Assembly: GCF_000143415.4 (NCBI RefSeq)
Contig: NW_003314338.1
Coordinates: 676,216-740,215, forward strand
Reading direction: 5' to 3'
Origin: Selaginella moellendorffii
Taxonomy: Eukaryota; Plantae; Lycopodiophyta
DNA length: 64,000 nucleotides
The notes beneath the pieces are model-generated. The model saw only the letters and a list, made by a program, of their open reading frames with translations. It had not been told where the DNA came from and ran no database searches. The position numbers and the translations under genes are program-made. Below, one piece after another: positions 30,000-49,159 of this stretch (positions are counted from its first letter, which is position 1; each line of letters starts with the position of its first letter).

Positions 30000-30076
30000 C
30001 TTGTTTCCTGTGGAGATCATGGCTCCCATCCAATGCCATGGCAAGCGGCTTAGCCTTTAGCTCTAGGCTTTCCATA
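30000..30076 (-). pseudogene. Isolated remnant of ABCC exon 1
   Basis: cttgtttcctgtggagatcatggctcccatccaatgccatggcaagcggcttagcctttagctctaggctttccat aligns to 6236-6319 with a small deletion and several substitutions. Confidence 0.85.
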
Positions 30077-30261
30077 ACTTCACATTAAAATCCTCTAGTT
30101 TAAAAGTTCTAAATGCAGTTACACGAGTTTATTGTTCAGGATCATTAAGAAAAAGTGTAGTTTATTTTTTATTAACTTTTCTTTTATAAATTTTAAACAA
30201 ACCAAACATTATTACATGGAACATGTGGCAGGATACTTACAGTAAATTATTTTAACACATT

Positions 30262-30921
30262 TTACTCTTTATAAGCTTTGTTCGTCTCATTCTTGGTCTT
30301 GTAGGGAGACTCCTTATCGGCCGGGTAAATGGCATCAACATTTGCCCGTTTCAGGTTCGCATCAAAGTCACTGAACCTCCAGAAGTATCCATCAACCAGC
30401 TGAGCCTCCTTTATGTTCTTGGCAGGAATTGCCCCCTTCACAGCCCACTCCTGCTGCCAGCTATACGTGTTAATCTCCTTCTGGAGCTTCTTCTCCTCCA
30501 GATAGTCCGGAACATACACCATCTCCAGCCCAGCCGTGTTGATCGTGTACAGCCACCCAGTGCGCCTGTAGTACTTGATCTCGGGATGCGTCTTGTCTAC
30601 AAAAGAATCCTCTGGGATCACCTGCTTCATAAACACTCCGGCCACTCTCCGAGTCTGAGTGGTGGCGATATAAGCCGTGTCGCTGAGATTCGGGCCGCCA
30701 CGGACGTGAGCAAGGACATCTGTGTTCTTACCGGCGGCCTTGATCCCGTTCTTGAACACATCATCCACAGGCGCCCTGGTGTCCCCTCTGTATATGAACT
30801 TCGGAGGCTGACGAGCCTTGCGCGGGGGCTCTGGCGTTCCGCGTCCGCCTGATGATTTCGGTGGTGCAGGAGCCGGCGCAGCGGGCTTGGAAGGTGCTGG
30901 GGCAGAGCCCTTCGACGCCAT
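30262..30921 (-). CDS. Pertussis/heat-labile enterotoxin A-like (R-S-E class) mono-ADP-ribosyltransferase, intronless, 219 aa
   Basis: PPKFIYRGDTRAPVDDVFKNG (R45), VLAHVRG (H72), YIATT (STS position), GWLYTI and WQQEWAVKGAIPAKNI (Q156-x-E158). These parallel pertussis toxin S1 motifs VYRYDSRPPEDVFQNG / LDHLTG / FVSTS / GYIYEV / YQSEYLAHRRIPPENI. Confidence 0.88.
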   Translation of the reverse strand: MASKGSAPAPSKPAAPAPAPPKSSGGRGTPEPPRKARQPPKFIYRGDTRAPVDDVFKNGIKAAGKNTDVLAHVRGGPNLSDTAYIATTQTRRVAGVFMKQVIPEDSFVDKTHPEIKYYRRTGWLYTINTAGLEMVYVPDYLEEKKLQKEINTYSWQQEWAVKGAIPAKNIKEAQLVDGYFWRFSDFDANLKRANVDAIYPADKESPYKTKNETNKAYKE

Positions 30922-32142
30922 TTCGATTCAGGAAAACAAACTATCAGAAGAAAGCAGAGATGGATGGGATTGCCTTGGCACCGGAGTTTTATACTGGTGG
31001 GACTGCCTTCAGAGTCAATCAGCACAGAGCCATCGCTGTTACGTCATCTTTCCAGTGTGCGAGAGACGCGTTCGCCTTGGGATGCCGTGTTCTATTTAGC
31101 TTCCATCTCTGACTTCAAAAATCGGTAGTGTCTCTTGTACACCTGAGCCCAGAAAACTGTATTATAATGCAGAGGTCGTACCTTTGGATGAGGACGGCCA
31201 ATATGTTAGTCTTTGTCCAAGACTGGCTTGACCGAAGCTCGCTTGTTTCAGTGCTCAGCTTCCTCAAATCATTCCCTTTAATGGATCGAGTTAGTATCTG
31301 ATTAAATGAGTGTTGCCAGCTTCGAAGGACATTTCAATCCAGAGATGAATGTAGTGCCCTGTTCTCGACTTCGTCAGGCCGGTTTCAGTATTAGATTGAA
31401 CAATATATATCAGTTAGCGAGTCAAGCACGGCACCACCAGGATGGTCGCCTGTGACACACGTAGTACGAGGCAGAAGCTTCTACAAGAAAAAAAAAAAAA
31501 AGTCTTACAAAATTTTACTGCAGCGATCCCGCAAACCTCGGCTAGTAGAGCATTCTAAAATCCACCGCAAAAAAAATCTGAAGAACCTTGTGAGTCATTT
31601 GAGACTTGTTTGTCCCATACCTGAACCAGTTAGCTCTTTCTTCCAATTCTCCGAAGTACCATCTTCACGCAATTTAACAGCTTTGATTGCAGCTGCGGAG
31701 CGAAGATACCGTGAACCATAAGCCTTCAAAGCCGCAAATCGCTTTGTCTCAATGCCACCTATAGCTCACGGCCGGAATGCTTCTTAGTTTTGGGTGGAAA
31801 ATCCCCAAAAAAGAAGGCTGGCTCGATCATGCTTGTTACACAATCCAAAGCCCAGCCCCAAAACGTTTTCCGTGTTACAGTTCCAACAGAGATTCGTTTT
31901 TTCTTATTCCTTTGCGCGTGATCCAAGTTTGTACAAATGTAGTCAAATCGATTTCCTGTGATTCGGATAATTAGCTTCCTTGCAGCTTGATCATATCTAC
32001 ACTGGTTCTCTTACTTTGATAAAGAGTCTCGGACTCTCGAGAAAAACTTTTCGCTCTCAGACTATATACTCAAAGTAATCCTCGCTAAATCTCTCCATCT
32101 CTCTCTCATCCAAAGCGAGAGAGAAAGAAGCTCTTGGATCGA

Positions 32143-34885
32143 TCAGCACTGCATGAGCAGCCTCACCTCCTGGATGCACTGCTTCCGCCTCTCCTCGGAC
32201 GCCTCCTTCCCCAACGCGATCTGCGCGTACGCCCGCTTCTTCTCCTGCATTTGCAGCAGCCTCTCCTCGATGCTGTCCGTCGCAACCAGCCGGAACACAT
32301 GAACGTCCCTCGTCTGTCCCAGCCTGTGCACCCGATCCATTGCCTGTTCTTCCGCCGCCGGGTTCCACCACGGATCCAGCATGACGACGTTGGACGCGCT
32401 CACCAGGTTGAGCCCAACACCCGCGGCTTTCAAGCTGAGCAGGAACACCGTCGGCGAATCCTTGCTCGTCGACTTGAACGCCTCCATGGCCTCGTCTCTC
32501 TTCTTGGCGCTCATGCCGCCCTGGAGCTTGACGAACTTGTAGCCGGCCTGTGTGAGCGGAGCTTCCGCCAGCTTGAGCATGGACGAGAACTGCGAGAAGA
32601 CCACCGTCTTGATGCTCGGGTCTTTGGCTCGCGTCTTGTCCAGGATGGATAGCAGTGCTGTGATCTTCGCGCTGCTACCACCACCACCGCCATCGCCATC
32701 GTTGCCAGCTTCTTCTTGCTCCTCGCCAACGTTGGACGTGTAGATGTCCGAGATGGTTAAGTCACCCCGGCACATCGGGCACTGGCGTTTGTCTCGCTCG
32801 AGAGTCTTCTCGATACATCTCCGGCAGAAGACGTGAGCGCAGCGAGTGATGATCGCGGTGACCGGCGGCGAGAGGCAGATCGGGCAGTCGAAGTCGTCGC
32901 CGATCATCGCCAGCATCTTCTGGAGGAGCTCCGGACTAGCGATTTGTCCTGCGCAGCTCAAGAACACAAAAGACTAGTGAGACGAGAAGAGGCAAGCAAG
33001 AAAAGAACTTTACCTTGATTCTCAGCTCCTAGTGCCGCTAGAACATCCATGGATCCCGGACACATGCTGGAATGGTCGCACAGCTGCCGGAGCCGCAAGA
33101 TGATCTGGAGAACGATTGCGTAGTTCTTAGTCATGGTGCCGTTTGCGATGTACTTGAGGATGATATCCTTGCCGTCTCGCTCCATCTTGTCGTAGATCGC
33201 GCGGTCATTGGGAGTGAGATCCACTGGAAACACCGTGACAATCTTTGGAGGCAAGTCCACCAGCTTTTTCCCGTTCACTCTCGCCTCTTTGGTTCGTCGC
33301 AGCGAGATGGCGGACATCAATCCCTGCAAAGTTCCACGAGTTAAAACCAGAGAAAAAGACCAACTTGCGAGAAGCTTACCTGTAACCGGGCAAAACCAGC
33401 CGGCTGGCCACTCGTGAGCGGTCTCTGAATGGTTCTATTCCAGAAGGTCCGCTCGCTGAGAGGCTCGAAGTGGAGGAACTGCATGAGACTGAAGAGATCC
33501 TTGGCGTTGTTCTGTATTGGAGTGCCAGTCACGGCCCATCGCCGATCGGCATTCAGTGAGATCGCACACTTGGTCTGCTGCGCCTTTGGATTCTTCACGA
33601 GGTGTGCTTCGTCCAAAACGAGCCTCAGCCACTGGACTTTCCGCAGCGCCGAGTTCCTGTCGTTCCACTCGCTGGCCAGCATGTTATAAGTCGTGAAAAC
33701 CAGATCGTGGCTCGCGAGCTTCTTCGCGTTTTTTATCCGGTCGGGGCCGTGGAAGACGCACACGTTGAGACTCCCGGCTCGAGTGTGATCTTCCAACTGC
33801 CCGATCCAGTTGCTCAGCACGGAGAGTGGACACACCACCAAAGTCGCGAGAGGCCCGCCAGCTTTCGGGACGCACGGTGGAGGAGGATGATCGTCACTGC
33901 CGGAGTCACTGGCTTTCTTATCCCTGCCTTTGCTTCTCTCGGTGGTCTTGCTCTTCTTCGCAGCCGGTTGTTCTTCCAGCTCTTCGAGCTCCTCGGCGAT
34001 GTCTACCACCGGCGGGAGCACAGCTCCAGGCCTGTTGGTGGCGACGAGAGCGAGCACCGCGAGCGTCTTCCCGAGTCCCATATCATCGGCTAGAATCCCT
34101 CCTCGCAGCGGCTCCGGACGCTTGTCGCACGTAAAGTTCGTCAGCGTGTTCATGTACATGGTCGTCGCGTTGCTTCCTTTCGGCGGCTGGATCTCCCAGA
34201 AAGGTGGCAGCGCCGAGCTGTTCTCCCGCTGGATCATCCAAGCCAGCGCCTCCTTCTGGTGCTGCATTAGCTCCGACTTCACGATGCTCGAGTCGGGCTC
34301 CATCGCCTGCCGCTTCTTGCAGTCGAGCGCGAGATCTTCGAAGATATCATCAATGCTGGGCTTCTTTGGAGCGGAGGAAGCAGCGCCAGCGAGAACCTTT
34401 CGCTTGCTCGTCTTGCTCGAGGCTCTTCCACCGCCGCCACCTTCATGAGCTCCCTCCTCGAGGAGGCCTCCACTCAAACGCTCGCCAAAGTAGTCGAGGT
34501 GATCGACCACGGCGGCGGCCAAGGCGGGCTTGCTAAAGACGTGGACCTGGCACGGCATCCTGTACGCGTTCTTGCTGCCGCTGGGAACGATGCCCTCGAG
34601 AAAGGCGAGGTTTTGATCCACCAGCGGAGCCAAATGCATTGCCTTGTTCTTCTCGACATGGCCGACCTGGTCGCCCCGGATGTTGAGCACCCGGATGGCG
34701 TTGGAGTCGTATGGATTGGTGGGCTCTCGGACAAGCTGGACCATCTCGCCGTTGGTCACCGTGCCGTGGTAGTACCGCAGACCCACAACGTTAACCGTGA
34801 GACAACCCACCAGGATCGCTTCCGCCTCCTCCTCCTCCTCGCCGGAGTCGTCCTCCACTTCCACCACTTCCTGTGAAGCGCTCAT
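32143..34885 (-). CDS. HLTF/RAD5-like SWI2/SNF2 helicase with HIRAN and RING domains, 3 exons
   Basis: HIRAN (LVREPTNPYDSNAIRV), GGILADDMGLGKT, LVLDEAH, AVTGTPIQN, RING CPICL...CAHVFC...CPMCR and helicase C DPWWNPAAEEQAMDRVHRLGQ. Confidence 0.95.
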
Positions 34886-34915
34886 CCTGTTCTTAAGAAA
34901 GAACTAGGGCACATG

Positions 34916-34940
34916 AATAATAATAATAATAATAATAATA
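34916..34940. repeat. (TAA)n microsatellite in the HLTF/ABCC divergent intergenic region (longer copy at ~41343-41371)
   Basis: Direct reading of aataataataat... runs. Confidence 0.9.
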
Positions 34941-35236
34941 AGAAAAGATTTAGTGCAGATCATGTTTGGCCCTCACAATGTTAAATTAAACATTCTTATA
35001 AAATTATTATTATTTAGATTTTAAAAATGCAAGTAACTTTCTAATCTAATTATAATTGAAAAATAAGTCGTCCATTGAGCTTTGAGATGCTCCAATTTAA
35101 AAAACTTCCACTTGCGATAACAGAATATTCTGGCAATCCTAGAAATTATTATAATAATAAATGGCATTTTCAACGATAGTTTGGTTTGTAACAAACTGGT
35201 TTATATACCTGTCTTGGAACTCTCCTCTTTTACCAA

Positions 35237-39914
<4,678 letters not shown>

Positions 39915-40090
39915 GATCTATTTCTTTTAAAATGTCTTATCCAGAAGAGTATAATAAAAGATCACTGTAAAAACTACTATTCAAGCTGGTAGTTTAGTAG
40001 ATGATACTTTCTTATTCAAGTTCACGGTTTTTTCTAAATTATGCAAGAATACTAACATACCACGAAATTTAATTTAACAAGAGAGTGCTC

Positions 40091-41045
40091 AACCTTGACT
40101 ACATTTTTACCACTTTGCGCCACCTCCTGCGCTACTGAGTGATCGCTCCACGCCCATATTGACACCAATGCGCAGCTCATCGGACTGGTCTTCTCGCCAT
40201 TTCCGGCTCTGATGGAAGTGCTGGCAAAACAGCCGAGCTCAATCTTTTCATCCTGGAAGTTCCTTTATGTTCTTCATCGTTTTTTCCTTTTCTTATTTCT
40301 AAACTACTCCAGTTTCATGACTGAGGTGAAGATCAAGAGCATTTGCGTCTTCGGAGGCACTGATGGCAGTCCATCCAAAGAAGTGTTTTCAGTCTTTTTC
40401 TCTCTGCTGGGTTTTGCTTAGTGCTGGCTTTGCAGGTTTATAAACCGCCAGCTCTTCTGGAAGATGGCATCAAGCTGTTTGTGTACGCAGGCAAATACGA
40501 TCTCATTTGCAATTGGCTGGTAAGTTCGTGGATAAGTTTGTTTTTAAATGCAGGAAACTATGGATTGATCTGACCAGCAATCTTACGTGGAGGCGAACGT
40601 TTAGAAGTTCTCTAGAATTCTTTGTCGTGGAAGTTTATGTATAAGAACTATAATTACATTTGGGTTTTGTGTCGTAGCCCGCTCTCGGATCATCAGGAGA
40701 CTTCAAGGTTTCAACTTCACGGTTTGTTTCTTAATTTAAGTGCTCGAATCTCAAGCACCGCAAGCACAAAAGCGTGATAGACGTGGAGTTTGATTCAATG
40801 GACATAGCTTTGCGCTACTGTGGAGTCGAGCTCGCCGTCCAGCAGTTTTGATTCCCCAGCTTTGTGCTTAGCGCACTGTTTTGGTGACAAGGAGGATCGT
40901 GGTGAACGAGACGAGCCTAAGTTGGAGCTGCTTAAAGCGGATATTGAATCGGGCAAAGTTCCACTCTTGGCGGCAATCCAAGTGGTTTGGAGGAGACATG
41001 TTATAAGCTGTGAAACCAATGCGCAAGATATTGTGTTTGATGGCC
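40091..41045 (+). pseudogene. Chimeric fragment block: deleted PITH-gene copy fused to a serine carboxypeptidase-like exon, then segment X
   Basis: 40091-40448 matches pieces of 48017-48643; 40449-40570 encodes PALLEDGIKLFVYAGKYDLICNWLG followed by an intron. Confidence 0.8.
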
Positions 41046-41059
41046 AACCTTTAGTTATG

Positions 41060-41312
41060 CATGATAAATATTGAGCTAAACATAGTTAATATCCTTATAC
41101 TAGAATATTACCTAGAATATTTACTATGCGGACAGACACGTGGACCTGTCGCGTACATTTTCTAGGGCTTCCGCTAGCAATGGCGTCGTGCACACCGTTG
41201 GTCACCGTGCCGTGGTAGTACCGTTGGTGGTGAGACAACCCACCAGGATCGCTTCCGCCTCCTCCTCCTCCTCCTCCTCGCCGGAGTCGTCCTCCACTTC
41301 CGAAGCGCTCAT
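41060..41312. pseudogene. Tandem-duplication junction: PITH promoter/start (+) joined to HLTF 5' fragment (-)
   Basis: atggcgtcgtgcacacc (PITH start, cf. 48051) runs directly into gttggtcaccgtgccgtggtagtacc (HLTF, cf. ~34751). Confidence 0.88.
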
Positions 41313-41340
41313 CCTGTTCTTTAGAAAGAACTAGGGCACA

Positions 41341-41373
<33 letters not shown>

Positions 41374-41594
41374 CAAAAGATTTAATGCAGATACTGTTAA
41401 ATTAAACATTCTTATAAAATAATTATTATTTAGATTTTAAAAATGCAAGTAACTTTTTAATCTAATTATAATTAAAAATAAGGCCTGTTCATCGTCCATT
41501 GATTAAAAAACTTACGATAACAGAATATTCTGGCAATCCTAGAAATTATTATAACATTTTCAACGATAGTTTGGTTTGTAACAAGTTTATGCAA

Positions 41595-46264
<4,670 letters not shown>

Positions 46265-46379
46265 TATGAGATCTATTTCTTTTAAAATGTCTTATCCAGA
46301 AGAGTATAATAAAAGATCACTGTAAAAACTATATTTACATTTATTGAGTTTGATGGGAGCTCCACGTGTGAAACCTTGA

Positions 46380-47870
46380 TGTCCTTGAAGTCGCATTCGT
46401 GATAATTGATGACTCCGCGGTTTGTTTCCAATCTAGAGCTTCAGTTTAACTGCTCAAACCTCAAGCTCAACCTCATCGAAAGCACGAACACATGCTGGAC
46501 GTGAGGTTTGATGCAATGGACGTAATTTTGAAGTACCGTGGAGCCGAGCTCGCAGTCCAGCCATTTTCATTCCCCACCTTTGTGCTTGCGGAGACTGTTT
46601 TGGTGAAACGGGGGATCATGGTGAACGAGACGAGCCTTTCCCTGGATAAGTTGAAGCTGTTTAAAGCGGATGTTGAATCGGGCAAAGTCCCACTCTCGGC
46701 AGCAATCCTGTCAGTGCCCAGTGGATTGAAGACAGTTCATCCAGTAGCTCGGATTACTTGCAGGCTGATCTTACCTGTGACTTGGGCATGATTCTTCCAC
46801 AGATGGGTGAAACCAATGCGCAAGATATTGTGTTTGATGGTGCCCTGTACTGTCCCTATTATGATACTAAACTATGCAAGAATATACTAACATACCACGA
46901 AATTTAATTTAACACTTGACTACATTTTTACCCTGCGCCACCGAGTGGTCGCTCCACGCCCATATTGACACCAATGCGCAGCTCATCGGACTGGCATTCT
47001 CGCCTCGCGGTTGAGATTTCGGGCTCTGATGTAAGTGCTGGCAAAGGAGCCGAGCTCAATCTTTTCATCCTGTAAGTTCCTTTGTGTTCTTTGTCGTTTT
47101 TCCTTTTTTTTTTTTTAATTTCTAAACTACTCCAGCTTCACGACTGACTTGAAGATCAAGAGCATTTGCGTCTTCGGGGGCACTGATGGCAGTCCATCCA
47201 AAATGAAAGCGTAAGTGTTTTCAGTCTTTTTCTCTCTGCTGGGTTTTGCTTAGTGCTGGCTTTCATTTGCAATTGGCTGGTAAGGTCGTGGATAAGTTTG
47301 TTTTTAAATGCAGGAAACTCTGGATTGATCCGACCAGCAATCTTACGTGGAGGCGAATGTTAGCGTAGATGGCCAGACGGCAGGCTTGGTCTCTGGCTAT
47401 GGTCCCTTGACCTTCCTCCAGGTGTGCTTCTACCGTTTAGTAGAATTCTTTGTCGTGGAAGTTTATGTGTAAGAACTATAATTACATTCAGAAATGTGTC
47501 GTAGCCCTTTTCCCATTGTGTATGCTGGTCGGATCATCAGGAACGATGGTGCGACTTCAAGGTTTCAACTTCACGGTTTGTTTCTCCAGTTTAAGTGCTC
47601 GAATCTCAAGCACCGCAAGCACACGCGTACGTGGAGTTTGATTCAATGGACGCTATCCAGCAGTTTTGATTCCCCAGCTTTGTGCTTGCGAAGGAGCGCA
47701 CTGTTTTGGCGACAAGGAGGATCGTGGTGAACGAGACGAGCCTTCCTGCGGATAAGTTGGAGCTGCTTAAAGCGGATGTTGAATCGGGCAAAGTTCCACT
47801 CTCGGCGGCAATCCAAGTGGGTTGGAGGAGAAATGTCATAAGCTGTGACTTGGGCATGACTTTCTAGATT
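46380..47870 (+). repeat. Two copies of unidentified segment X plus a deleted PITH/SCPL fragment
   Basis: 46440-46850 and 47560-47860 share ...VNETSL..DKLELLKADVESGKVPLSAAI; 46910-47330 matches 40091-40570. Confidence 0.75.
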
Positions 47871-48050
47871 ATCCTCTGAATATTCTATTTAGGGCAGGGT
47901 CATGGAAACCTTACCATGATAAATATTGAGCTAAACATAGTTAATATCCATACACTATACTAGAATATTACCTATAATATTTAACGGACACGTGGACCTG
48001 TCGCGAATGCAGGATAACCTTGGCTACATTTTCTAGGGCTTTTGCTAGCG

Positions 48051-49159
48051 ATGGCGTCGTGCACACACCACCACGACTGCGCCGACCACTCCTGCGCCGC
48101 CGAGTGGTCGCTCCACGCCCACATTGACACCGCCAAGGTAAATGCGCAGCTCCGCGCCATCGATCGGGGCGCGACATTCGAACGTCGCGTCTCGGGGTCG
48201 AGATTTTGGGCTCTGATGCGTGTGCCTGTAGGTCTGGGCGCTGAACGAGGCCTCTCCAGGCAGCTCCAAATCGGTCTTCAAGAGCTGGGATCAGCGACTG
48301 GATCTCTCGGTAAGTGCTGCCAAAAGAGCGTTCTTTTTACATTTTTTTGGCCGTGTAGGGATCGCTGGAGAGCAATGAGGACGATCCCGAGCTCATTCTT
48401 TTCATCCCGTGAGTTTCTCTTTGTTCTTCTTTGTGAAGTGTTGTTCTTTCTTTCTTTCTTTCTAAAACAAAGAAAACTACTCCAGCTTCACCACTGACGT
48501 GAAGATCAAGAGCATTTGCGTCGTCGGAGGCACTGATGGCAGCAGCCCATCCAAAATGAGAGCGTAAGTGTTTCGTTTTCTTTTTTTTTTCCCTTTCTCT
48601 GCCGGGTTTTGCTTAGCGCTGGCTTTGCAGGTTCATAAACCGCGAGGACATCGACTTCTCGGATGCGAGGGAGCTCCTTCCCGTGCAGGTGTGCTCCGAG
48701 AAGTGTTACGCTTGTCTAGAATCTAAGCTCATCCTTTTTCTTTGCAGGAGTGGGATTTGGCTGAGAATCTCCACGGAGAGCTGGAGTACCCAACGAGGTA
48801 ACTTCAACTCTTTTGGATTGGTGCCTTTAAAACTCTTCCTCTCAGGTATCCCAAGTTCCAAGGCGTCGCCAATCTGACCCTGCATTTCCCGACCAACTTT
48901 GGCGGCACGAGCACGCGCATCCACTACGTTGGACTGAAAGGAGAATCTACCAAGGTTGAGTCGTGCTCCTTGTGGTATACTTACCTGATTTATGAGCTTG
49001 TACAGGTGAATCGGGATGCTGTGACTAATGCAGTCTACGAGGCATATCCAAATCTGTCAGAGCACCAGTAAGTCGGGGTTTTCACGCAAGGAATGCCGGT
49101 GACGATTTGTTTTGTCTTGCAGGATCCCAGGTGGTACTGGAGCACCCGAAGTTTCGTAG
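48051..49159 (+). CDS. PITH domain-containing protein (PITHD1-like), multi-exon
   Basis: MASCTHHHDCADHSCAAEWSLHAHID, LESNEDDPELILFIPFTTDVKIKSICVVGG, FINREDIDFSDA and KFQGVANLTLHFPTNFGG...IHYVGLKGEST; stop 49157-49159. Confidence 0.92.

Noticed and set aside
30262-30921. ART ORF as bacterial contamination
   Set aside because: It is contiguous, without gaps, with plant PPR/ABCC relics and the intron-containing HLTF gene; no operon neighbours or signal peptide; eukaryote-like low-complexity N-terminus. Read-level confirmation is still advisable.
31140-31830. Possible upstream exons of the ART gene or a separate small minus-strand gene
   Set aside because: One exon-like stretch (GIETKRFAALKAY...) has splice-like ends, but no in-frame path to the ART or family similarity could be established; needs RNA data.
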